A stretch of 63,503 nt of DNA, the filler included, from Octopus bimaculoides (taxonomy: Eukaryota): the NCBI RefSeq assembly GCF_001194135.2. It is 4 parts of 4 records of this genome, joined end to end, with 100 filler letters (N's around TTAATTAATTAA, not from the genome) between each part and the next. Parts side by side here need not be neighbours in the genome. Positions count along the whole stretch, not along the records: positions 1 to 31,296 come from NC_068984.1; 3 more parts are not named here. One strand, 5' to 3'. Both the position numbers and the translations under genes were made by a program. Below the pieces are notes generated by a model. The model was not told the DNA's origin. It saw only the letters and a program-made list of their open reading frames with translations, and did not search any database. Numbering within the stretch: position 1 is the stretch's first letter; each line of letters starts with the position of its first letter. Below are positions 1 to 12,330 of this stretch, piece by piece.

Positions 1-46
<46 letters not shown>

Positions 47-217
47 CTCTATATCTATGTGTGTGTATTACTCAGCGCTAACCAAAATTGTTACTCCTGG
101 TAGTTTGCCAGTTGGAGAGTTTCTAAATTTTAATATTTGAATAAAAGGAGGGAAATGTTTTTAAATTCGTGAACACAGTTTGTATGGAATTATTCTGCAT
201 TTCTATTAGCTGTTATC

Positions 218-570
218 TTTTACATGTTTTAGTCACTGGACTGTGGTCATGCTGAGGCACTGCCTAGAAGCATTTACTTGGCCAAATCAAACCCAGTACT
301 TATTTTTTAAGTCTGGTGCTTCTTCTATGAATCTGTTTTGCTAAGTTGCCAAGTTTTGAGGATATGAACAAACCAACACCATTTGTTCAGTGATAGTTGG
401 TGACAAACACATTTCTTCATTCATACACACACACATATATGAGACAAGCTTCCACTCAGTTTCCGTCTACCAGAATTATTCACAAGGTGTTGGTTGGCCC
501 AGGGGTATAATAAAAGGCATTTCCCTAAAGTGCTGTGTAGTGGGACTGAATCTGAAATCACATGGTTGCA
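218..570 (-). mobile_element. SINE family A, diverged copy
   Basis: CAGTCACTGGACTGTGGTCATGCTG...TTTCCGTCTACC...GTGGGACTGAA; explains track ORFs 390..742. Confidence 0.7.
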
Positions 571-1425
571 AAGCAGGGTTTTTAAACACACTGTCATGCC
601 TTTCTCTTTTTCAACTCTTTCGAGAAAAAGGTTCCAATTTTTGTATGAAGAGAGAATATGGATGGGGAATGTTCCGTCTACCAAATTTCGCTTACAAGTC
701 TTGGATCAACCTGAGTCTATGGTAGAAGACACTTTGGAATGAACCCAGGACTGAGAAGCATACCAATTTGTTAGTTGGTCTAAGCATCCATAGTTTCTAA
801 ACGTCGACTACAGTGGTTGATTATTAATTTACTACTGGTTAGAAGGAAGGTAATAAGTTTTATGTAGCAATAAGTTAATTTTTTTCCTTTTTGAAATCTG
901 TGAAAGTGGGGAAAATCTATTACAATATCTATAGCAGTATATTACAACTATTTATGTAATTAACCTCAGTAATTAATAAAAGGAAAAGTCAGCCCCAATG
1001 TAATTTCAACTCTTATTTCTGTGGCAATGATTATTATATTTTAGAAAGTTGCAATATATGGATGCAGGTATTAAGACATGACAGAATTTGAGAATATCAG
1101 ATGTAAAGTTTAGGTCATTGATGTCCAATCATAGAAGTAGTGGGGAAGAGAGTGTTTTCAATTATTGAGTTCTTCAAACATTACATTTGCCTTAATCAGA
1201 CTGGCAATGGAATATTTTCACTGTAAAGTTTAGTGGTTAGTGTCATCAAGTGTAAAGATGGCTGCAGAGAGGGAAGCAGAAACTACTAGACTTACAACAG
1301 CAGCTGTAAATAGGGGGTAAGAGAAGCTTAGAAGTTTAGTTGAAAAATGTGACAAGCAGATACAGCAGCTGCTCAGAAATTCTAATAAAGGTGTTCTGAG
1401 AATGTGTAGTTCTAGACTCTGAAAA

Positions 1426-1456
<31 letters not shown>

Positions 1457-2612
1457 AATAGCAACACTCTCTATCACTTCTTTCTCATACATGCAGCATT
1501 ATCCTCCATTCTCCAGCTCCTCCGCAATTTGTTGCTTTAATAACTATCTATTATAATTATTGTTTGACTTTTATCTTTCTTGTTAATTGTTTGAACTTGG
1601 ATTTTATATTTATTCTGCACGCTTGCCTTATATATATTTTTTCTGCTATTGATATTTAACCTAGTGATGTTCACTGGTTTCTTACAGTAAATCTACTTCA
1701 GATAGAGAATTACAAAATTGCTGGAACTTTTGTCTGCACTGTAACACAAGCAAAACCAATGTCTACATGACAGAAAACAATGTTTCCTTGATGTTCTCAG
1801 TGACATTTGATCTACACCAGAAATTAGCTTGCTTACTAGTTTTTTTGCAGCAGTGATAGTATTATTATTATTAGTTTCTATTTTAATGCTTCCGTAACGT
1901 TTTCTATCAATATACATACTATGAAAGGCATTGTGATAAATATAAACCAACTATTAGAAATAGGGGCTGCACTATTAATCCAGATTTCCATGGCATTTGA
2001 TGCTCAACCTAAATTATTGACAAAGTACATGAGAAATATAAGTAGCTAGATAAAAAAAAGTTAGCTGCAAATATTTTATTTTATTTTTTTTTTATTGTTT
2101 TGCATTCCTTTGGCACACCTTACTACTTGCTTAAGTTGTACTTACAACTCCCTTTTTTTTTTTTTTTTTTTTTCCTCCTCATACTCCATCACTCCTATTT
2201 GATTACACCCCAGTAGTCAGTGAAAGTTCACCACAGCCTTTTTGTCAATATCACAAGAATTGTTTAATTACAATTCATGAAATTGTTTTTCTCTCTCTCT
2301 TTCTCTCTCACTCTCTCTGTCTCTCTCTCTCAATCTATCATCAGTTTGCTAGATCTCTATTCATAATTCAAGAATTTATGGTAGGAAATAAATAATATAT
2401 ACATTCCCCTGCAGAAAACAAGAAACAAAAAAAAAAAAAAGAAAAAAGAAAATTAATAGTAACATGAATTGATATTTACAAATAAATATCCGTGAACTGG
2501 TATCTAAAATAGTAGATCAATCAATTTCTGTGTAAAACTGAAAGTTTCAAGCTAAAAGAATTACTTGTATTGTTGTAACCAATGATATCCAAGTGGTAAA
2601 ATGTGTAACCTG

Positions 2613-2669
2613 CAATGCAGAATACTGCTGCAACAGTAGCAGTAGCAACAGCAGCAGTATTCTGCATTG
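2613..2669. other. Perfect 19-bp inverted repeat with a 19-nt loop (hairpin)
   Basis: CAATGCAGAATACTGCTGC (2613-2631) / GCAGCAGTATTCTGCATTG (2651-2669). Confidence 0.9.
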
Positions 2670-5363
2670 TCAGATGTTTCTAAGTACATAGTTGAAGATA
2701 TTGCTGCCAACCTCTTTATATTCAATGCAAAAATATATTCAAAACAATTACACAAGAAGATATTTTGCAAAATAAAACAATGGCTTAAATCTTAATGTTT
2801 GTATTGCATTTAAAGTTGATATTAGTGTATTGTAATGCCTGCAATAGTTGCAGTGATCATTTCATGTTGCAATCTGTATAGCTATTTACAGATATGCAGT
2901 TCTCCATACAAAACTGTTTGCACAGAGGAGGCTATCCATTATAGATACTAAGATCTATATAATTAGTAGGTTACTACATGGAGTAAGATTAGTCATTCTT
3001 TGATATTGAGCTCTTTTAGTTGTTCTTAGCTCATTAAATTGTTCTTACAGATATTTCATTATTGTTTGTTTTTTCCTTCTTTCACTAATATATATCTACT
3101 TTAGGTCCAGTAAGTACTGGCCACTGCTTGCTGGAAAAAAAACTTACTCTCAACTGCAACCAACAAATTTGTGAGGGATAACAGAATTAATGACACCTGA
3201 TTCCTTGTTAGTATGGTTTATGCCCTAGTTTGTAGCCAAAATAGGCAAGGAGAAGGAGGAGGAGAAGAAGCAAAGCACAGCTAAAAATAGTGTATGAGAT
3301 AGTGACAAAAGCTTCTACCTCCATCCAACAGTGACACAATAAATAAACTAGCTTAACAGCTTGCCTTCTGTTTCAGCATAAATAATATTCTGCACATTGA
3401 ACAGGATTGAGCTGTTCTCTTCTTCTCTTTCAATACATAGTTGTCTTTTATTTCATTCACAACAACAACAACAGTTTAATATGTATAATTTAAACACTTT
3501 CTCATCTACTGCTAAAAAAAATATTTTTTATTAATTGTCAAAGTAGAAATTGAAGAAAGAAATCATGTGGATCTACTTTAGATGGTCATTCACTAATGTT
3601 GTTGTATGCATCTACTTTTTAATATGTATGGGAGTGAACAGAAGGTAACCTGTCTGAAATCCTATGTAGCAACAATTTACATTTTTACTACAAAGTGTGT
3701 TGGAAAAGCATTTTTTTTTTTTTCTTCAGGTCAATTGAGCTTCTTTGAAATAATATATTTTATTGTTTTCTGTTGAAGCCTTTTTTTTTCATCTTGTGTA
3801 TACTGTCCTGTTTCACAATGATTTTTCAGTAGAATGTATTGTCACTCTAAAAGATCATTTCTACTGAGTTACTAATCTTTTATTGCCAAATGGGCTTTGG
3901 ATGAAAGTACTTTATAGGACCTGGGTGCAAAAGTGGCAGAGGTTACATTGAAAGTAAATGAAATAAAAAGTAGTTGTATATACTGTATACAAAATATGGT
4001 AATGTTTCAAGAGGAGGACAATCACCATGTAGCCCATGCATCAAGGTAGCCCATGCATCTAGGATTACCCTGACTACTATGGATAAGTACTTTTTCCCAA
4101 TTTTCATTCTCCGGCCTACAACTGGGCCATTCTCACCATTCTACTCACTGTCTGACATATTTACAGGAGTACAGCACTTCTGCACTCTCCCTCTCCTCCC
4201 TTTTCCAGGAAGAATTGCAAAGAAGAAAGTGTCTGCCCAAGTCTTTTCAGTGACACCACCATAAATTTTTGTTCACTGGACAGGAGAAAAGCTGTCTGTC
4301 CTTCTCTGCCAAAGGAAGGCAGTGGGATAATCATCACAAAAACAACTATTTTCAAAACTCTGTAAGTTAACAATGCATAGACAATAGAAGCATGTGTGAA
4401 GAATAGTTTGTTGTTTCACATGCAGTATCTCAGACATACTTTTCTGATGGCAATTCCATGCTTGTAGAGTTCATCTCCAAGCAACATTACCTTCCAGTGC
4501 AACTACCAGACCCGGTATTTCTGGAAGTTATCCAAGGTCTGTGTGTCAAAAGCCCTCAGGAACTGATCAACCAAATCTTGCGAACATCTAGAGTTTCCTA
4601 GTATTCTCTGCTATAACAGTACGCATCTAGAAATAAGTAGCATACACCCATTTCAAGTTGTCAAAGGCTGTATTATAGCTTTATTGCCACATCACTTTTG
4701 TTCCTTCATGTCTAAGAGCATGTGAACATGTCTGAACTTTGACAAGACAACCTTAGTTCTTTTTATTGAAGAAGTTATCGAAGACCATTCTCACTTCTAG
4801 AACATCAGTGGCAGTGTTTTCTTAATTGACTTCTCTAATTTTCTCACTTGCTATCTCACTAGTCTATTTGCTCTCCATTACTGCTTCTTCGCTAAATACT
4901 GTCGATTCTACTCTAATCACTTCTTTTCAGAGCACCCTAACCACTGGTTATTGGCAATCACCCCAATCAACAGCTGCTTAATTAATTTGTTAATCTGGTC
5001 ACTGTCAGCTTTGCCCATTACAAAAGATGCATTCAGTTTCTTGCACTCAGATGCTTGTTCATGCATACATATTGATCTTTTGATACAACTAGAATTATAT
5101 ATGTATATCAGTATAACAGACCAGTCAAAAATGTGAATATTACCTCTACTTGCTGCCCTAACAAATACTCTGTTTCAATACAATCTGGATAACAACTATA
5201 CACAATCAAGAAATTCAGTTGGTACCTGTTGGGTATTTGGGACTGTCAGAACAGATTTCTAAGGCTTTTATATCACCATCCGATGGCTAACTACACCCAC
5301 TGCTAGTATGTGTCTAAAATGCCATTCTAGTCTCCTTTTTGTAACAGCGAAACTTTCCTATTC

Positions 5364-5409
5364 TTTAGGCATCTAGAAGTGATTGCAAGATCACTTCCAG
5401 ATGCCTAAA
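5364..5409. other. 20-bp inverted repeat (1 mismatch) with a TGCAAG loop
   Basis: TTTAGGCATCTAGAAGTGAT / ATCACTTCCAGATGCCTAAA. Confidence 0.85.
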
Positions 5410-8400
5410 AACTCTGGCTACCCTGCCCTGGGTGAGATATGAATGCTACTCATGAGAAAGTAAGACTTTTGCTGCTGTTCACATTCAACATCATGGACTA
5501 CCATCCAGGTTCAAGAAGATTGTCTGGTGTCTTGATATCCAAACCTTGTTGAAACAATGCTGCTATCCTAGTTCCCAATCCAGCACAACCAAGAAATGTA
5601 CGCATCTCATCATCAAAGATAGGGAAGTGTATACATCCTGGTGGTTCTCATATCTAGCAACCTTAGGTAGTTGGTCTAGCTGACTCCTAGAACACATGCA
5701 TTTATACATCCTATATTGAGTTAATCTAAGTTGATTGAAGATAAGAATAAGAGAGCAGTCAACTACCTATTTGGTTTTGGAGACAAGAATAACTTGGTCT
5801 TCTCTGTAGTAATGGTAGGTTCCATGAAGTGTCTCTCTAAAATGTATTTATTTGGTTTCTTACGAAATAGTGAAATGAAATTTTCATTTGAGTGCTTTGT
5901 GAGTATATCTTGATAATGACGATGGACATTGGAGAATTATTATTAATTACCATCATCATCACAACTCAATTTTGATGCTGGAATGCTTCAAAGGACAGTT
6001 GAAGTTGATAATGAAAATTTAGAATTTTAATGTTCTTGAGTATGAAGATTTTACTTGCCATCTGAATATATTTCTCACCTTCAACAAACAACCTTACCAA
6101 ATTTTGTCTATTTAAAAAAGAAAAATGTACCACTGTTAAAAGTATTAACAAAACCATGCTAATATATTGAATTACTTTAAACATCTCTAACAAGAAATGG
6201 GTTTCTCTAAATTTAAAAAACTGAATTATCTTGATGTGTACAGATAAAATACTCAGTAGATGTACTTCCCCACATGTTCATTTTCACTCAAGTGAAACTG
6301 TATATTACTGTTCAGCTATATATTCCATAGCTTTGTAATCTTCACTGTTATATATATTTGTGTGTACATACATACATATATACATACATATGGTAGTGGT
6401 GGTGGGTTCTATTTATATCAAATAAAGTGAAAAAAGTCTATTGATATTCAAGTCAGAAGTATGATAATTATGCAGGAAAATCACCAGTGCTAACAAAAAA
6501 AAATTGTTTGGCATAGCTGCTTGACTTACATATTTGTTTTCACATATATTTGTGTGTGTGAATATAGTTTTTGCAGAGTTTCCTTAAAATCTCTGAATCA
6601 GTTCTTTCATGTCATCTGATATATCCTTGGAAGTATTATGGAGTTACTTGAATATTGGAAGCAGTCGTTTGATAGCTTTCTGTTTAAATGTGATGTCCGC
6701 TGTTTTGATGATAGTGACTAAAGAGCATAACTTGTTTCCTTCTGTCAAGATATTCAGTTTATAGCTATGAAGTTTATTGTGCCTCTTGCGTTTTCCCAAT
6801 TGGCTAGGATTATAAATTTGAACATCTAGTCAAAATATTGCAGTTGTATATGTGTTTCTAGTTTCCATGTGCCAGTATTGGATTCGCTGTGCTCTCATAA
6901 CACATCATCTTAACCATACATCAGCCACATAGAAACGAGGATTTGTGGTGGATGCTTGTTCTTTACTATTTAGTGACTGAAATTGTTAACACATCTCACT
7001 CACTTTCAATGTCTTCATATTCTGTCAGAAAATCTTAGATTTTTATCAAGATGCCCCAACTGCAACTTCAGATGATTGGAAAAAAGCAAACATGTATGTA
7101 AATAATATGGCATGAGCATATCCAAAGATCAGGACTTTAATGACACAGTATTGCTGATAACAACAACAACAATAATAATAATAATAATAATAATAAGGAT
7201 AATGGTTTCTGATTTAGTCAATACTGTTGTGGGACATAAACACGCTCACATTATGTGTGTGTTTGTGTTTATCCTCCACCACTGCTTGACAACCAAAACA
7301 CACACATAGTTTCCCCTCTACCAAACTCACTCACTATGTATTGGGCAGTCCAGGACTACAGTGGCAGAGACTTGCCCAAGGTGTCATATGCTGAGACTGA
7401 ACCCAAAACCCCAAGATTCTTAACCACAAGAAATATTAGTTTGAAGTAATTGCATCAGATTTGAAAACATCGCTCTGACAAAAGTGTAAACACAAGAAAG
7501 ATGTTATATTGCACACTTATCCAACCTATTTCAGCAGAGATGAAAAGATATTTAAGCAATAATGATGGAGGCAATGATTTAGCACACATACTACATCAGA
7601 TATTGTTTCCAATTTAATTTGTGCAGAGGGACAGAATTAATATATCTGTTTCTATAAAGTTAATGCATACAGAAGATTAAACATCAAGTTAGCTTTTATA
7701 ATATCTTTTTGTTTTCTCCTGAAGCCTCTACATTCAATTTCTTCCCTGGATATCCATGGAACTGTGTAGGGATGGCATAATTCTTATTTAGATTCAATTC
7801 AAAAACTGCAGAAAAATGGAAATAATTCTTGAATCAAAGCAACTGATAGGAAGGAACATAACCAAAAAAGTTGATGTTATTATGTTATTAGTAGAGAATT
7901 GTCAGCAATATATCAAAAGAGTGCTAGGCAAGAATTCTATATTACAAAGACAATAAAATCAATAGGTACAGAACAGGTGTACTCGGATTTTGACTAGAAG
8001 GACAATAAACTAATATTTTCATGCAACCAGCTTGAAATTAAATACTATTGACTATAGTGATGGGTCATTGGATATAAGAAATAGATTCAGTTACCTAGGT
8101 AACTTACTTGTTATTCATAGGTAGTGCCTATGATTGTGTGTGTGCCTAACAGGCAAAATAGAAGACAAACATTTAAGGAAATTTTGTTTTTACTGTCATT
8201 TTATTTTCTTTATCAGAAGAGTAATGTATATGATGTAAATAGTAGGGAAATATGGCAAGGGAAGATAACCATTTGGCTGTTGTTTAGCTTCAGGGTGAGA
8301 AATATCTACTCTGAAACAGGTAAAATTGCCTAGCTTGCTAGAAATAATAGCCTAATCCCCACACATACCTTTTTATCTTAATAAGTGAAAGACACATTGA

Positions 8401-10598
8401 ATAATCTGGTCTTTCAGAAAATACAAATGTATATTAGATTTTAGAAACTTATGGGATGTGATAAGATGGACAAGTGATAGGATTCGATGGTGTGAGCTGG
8501 TAGTAAACGTTAGCTGAGTTTTGAAGCCTTGATGTGATAGGATTACAACTGATTGGGATTAGGACAGAAAAAAGGCTGTTCAGCAGAACTTGTCAGTGAA
8601 GAAAACTCTTAAACCATTTCCTTGAAGATAAATCTCAAAATTTCGTTAATTATTCTGATATTAGCAAATTTCACAAATGAGTTGGATGGTGGTATTTTAA
8701 TTTTCTTGATGCCATGATTATATATTATAAAAAAAGAAATTTGTTACACTGGTCTCTTGGGAAATTTCTGTAAGAATAGCTTTTCTTCTGAATAAATGAT
8801 CATTGCACATGTTTCTATATCTCCATTCTTACATTATTTAAGGTGAATAATTTCTAGCAAATGTGTTCCTGATGCGATGAATTATTCATTGTGTATAATT
8901 ATGTCACTTATGCATTACAGAAAATATAAATAAACAGGTTTATGGCAAATTTATCAGATTGTTTTGCGAAGTTTAGTGTGTTTCATCAGGATGACTTATA
9001 ATCTTTATTCATTTCTGGAAATATTGTCAGAGTGTTCTATTGTGATAGTGTTTACTTTAGGTCAGCTTTAAAGTGTTAAATTAATCATAGTTTTGTCATA
9101 ATAACTATGAAAATATTTCTCATCTTTGTCTCTTTCTATTAGTAATATTTACTATTTTAATTCCCAATTGTAGCTAGTTCTCTTACACCACATTAATACT
9201 AAGCAATCTCCTTTCCTCTTGTCAAATCTAAGATCTAGTTTCAATGTAAAACAGTAATATTTGTAAGACTTCAAGTTTCAACTATAATGCTTTTCTGAAG
9301 TGTAATAACTTATAGAGTCGGACTTGTCTCAACATCACTGACTTGCAAATGCTTTTGTGTAGTTGGAAGCAGCTTTGCTTTGTATAAAAATGTTAAGTCT
9401 GCAGTGACAAAGCAAACTGAATCTAGTAATAAATGTGTTTTTGATACCATAGTGAAAGTAAATCCATAGCCTTCATAAATAAGACATTAAATAAACTCTT
9501 ATAAAACTGCTTCAGGTTAAACAAAAACTTAGAATTGCTTAATCAAAAGATTTTGTGACTCAAAAGGTTTTATTTTATTTTTTTCTAAGAATTATGTAGA
9601 TTATTTTGATAAATAGTCTGTAAGTTTCAGATACTGAACTACATGGCTATGAGTTTACCATGGCCATCATGTTTGCTAAATTGAAAAATAGATTCTGATC
9701 CCACTTCATGGTTGAGTAATTTGCAGTAGGAAGTACATCCATCTGTAAAAATAGAGGGTAAATGTCTGAATTTATATAAATAGTCCCACATTAGATGAGA
9801 TGTAAAATGTCTTAGTATGCAATAAGATCAGAGAGCAGATTGATGAAGGCATTTGAATAGGTTAGTGCTTGTTTAAACTAAAAATAATAAAATAAGATGG
9901 GGGAAAATGTAATTTATTCCAGTTGGTGCAAAACAGATTGTGAAGGAGAAGAATAGAAACAATTTTACACTTCATCTAAGTATCATGGCAATTGTATCTA
10001 ACTGATAACAATACAAAAGCTTGATTGTGGAAGGCAAAACAATTGAACAAGGTATCACCACAAATGACTGGTGTATCTACTGTACTGAACTTATTGCCCA
10101 AAATTTTATTTATTTCTTCTGTACTACTCAGCGACCATTTTAATTATAAAGTATAATTGAAGAAAACTATTGCTAAAATATCTCATGACGAATTAATTGA
10201 ATTCCTCTTGAATAATCATTAAAGGGTAACACATATATTATTAATGTTGCTTTGTTATAAATATGGACAGTTTTAGATTGCTTTATGCTTTGATATGGTA
10301 AATTCTAACTGGTTTCATTCTGCATATTTCTACCTGTTAGGCATTTGGAATTGAATGACAGAAATTTATAAAAATTTTAATGAAATTTATTATGTTTTGA
10401 ACTCATTCAACCATTCTAATTTGTTATCTTGTTTGAAAGTAAAATAGTTTAAAGCAAGCTTTTGGGGGTTTTTTTTTAACCCTATGATGCTGAAATCTGG
10501 ATTAACCAGAAAATGTAGGTTATTTTGCGTTATTAAAATTTCATTATGCTTATGAATATACTTTTTATATTTTGTTTTTTTAAATAATTTTCATTCAG

Positions 10599-10682
10599 AA
10601 AATCTTAATAACACAAAGTCTTTCAAGAGATTAGACCAAACTACATTAATGTTGGAAAAGCGATTTAGAATTGTTTATGTTG
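10599..10682 (+). CDS. Candidate isolated 84-nt internal exon of an unidentified gene, (x)NLNNTKSFKRLDQTTLMLEKRFRIVYV(x)
   Basis: T-rich tract ending TTTTCATTCAG|, open frame of 84 nt, G|GTAATG donor, phase 1/1. No homolog recognised; could be chance. Confidence 0.3.
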
Positions 10683-11559
10683 GTAATGAAGATACTGAAT
10701 TTTTGCAATTATTATCAGTAATTTGATTTATTGCCAGTGTATCTAATTAATAAGACAAGAAAAATATATACCCTCATTCAATTCTTGCTGTCAGCCTTTT
10801 GAGAAGGAATACAGTGTCTCTGTAGATATTCATCTTGGGTTGCTATCAAAGTCAGAGTTCATTCTGTCTATTAATTTGTGTAAAGCTGTTAAATATCACA
10901 AGATGGAATTATTTATAAACTTCATTCTTTGAGTTCTCTTATTAAGGAAGACAATAATTTTTTATTGAGCTTTAAAATATCTTGATACTGTTAAGTAATA
11001 ATTTAGTATGAAGCACTAAATATCGAAAATTTAAGGGGGAAAGAAATCACTCAGAGGAGAGAGACAGAGTAATATCTAATATATAATTAGTATTGTTGTT
11101 GTTGTTGTTTACATTCCACAGCAAGCTTCTGTCTAAACTAGGTCTCAACAAGAGCTTTACTTCACAAACTTTCTCAGAATATTATCAGCTCCCAAGAGTG
11201 TGATCTTTTGCACTGTTTGGCACAGTTTGCCTGGGAACTGCTCAAGGTGTCTGTTGAATTCTTTTTTGAATAAACCAAAAAAAAAAAGAAGAAAAAAAGT
11301 ACTATTTTTGTTTCAGTACCAGTATTTCGCAACAAGAAGATAGGAAGCATGAGGTGTTTTGGATTCGCAAAACAGCATACCAAAGTGGTTCAGCACATTT
11401 TAGGAGAAAAGGGTGTACTGAATGATAGTAATGCACTTACCCTTAGGGCTGTTGAGAAGAGGGAGAAACAAGTGAAGGTTTCTTCAAGAGGTTGCTGAAT
11501 GAAAATAATACATAGGAGAGAGACAAGCTACTCCAAGTAGACCCAACTGAGAGACCAGC

Positions 11560-12330
11560 TATTGAGATAGACATTCATTCGGTTTAAAGAACGTGCTCTA
11601 GAAATATGCAACTACAGAGATATTGAATTAAGGAACCAAACAATGAAAGTAATGCTTAATTAACAATGACACACTTTGAGTGTGCCATAAGAGAAGTTCT
11701 TTGATAAGAGCCAACTACTATATCTACGATTCATTGACTTGGAGAAGGTCTCTTACTGGATTCCACATTTTTTAGACTTTGGTCACTAAAAAAGCTGGGT
11801 GGGGATGAATGGCATGTGAGAGTCATGTAAGTCATGTGCAAAGGTAAGAGTGAGCAACAAGTTGAGTGAGGGATTTAACATGAAGGTTAGTGTCCATCAG
11901 TGTTCAGTCCTTATACTCTTGTTTATTATAGTCATCTGGCAATAAAGGTAATTCAAGATCAGTTGTCCATTGAAACTCCTGTATGCTGATGACCTATATC
12001 GCAAAGCTGACTCAAAGAATTAGAGGAAAAGTTCCAAACATGAAGGCAACACCTAACATGACAAATGTCTTAGTTTGCCAGGAAGAATGCAGAATTCCTC
12101 TACCATGTGGAAAGTGGCCCAGCTCAATATACAGAAAAGATGTGGGTAGAAATCCCACACTGTATCCAGTGTGAATTATAGATGCACAAGAGTTGCAGTA
12201 GGATCACAACCAGACCAAGAAAGATTTTTGTATGCAGCAGATTCACAGTAGTTAGCATTAAGAGTACCCAAAGAATGAATTCTATCAAATGCCTGAAATG
12301 TCCTCTAGGGAGTAGTTAACTAGGTGACCT
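11560..12330 (+). mobile_element. Degenerate RTE-clade LINE RT fragment
   Basis: NYR.I.L, LYLRFIDLEK, SLKKLG.DEW.VRVM, EGFNMKVSVHQ.SVL..LFIIV and GKWPSSIYRKDVGRN. Confidence 0.7.

Noticed and set aside
3149-3197. Minus-strand 49-nt stretch VSLILLSLTNLLVAVE before GTAAGT, signal-peptide-like
   Set aside because: No start codon, weak acceptor and no supporting neighbouring exons.
6560-9250. Decayed retroelement-like stretches (6560-7080, 7900-8100, 8400-9250)
   Set aside because: Probably old TE remnants, but too degenerate to assign a family or boundaries by eye.
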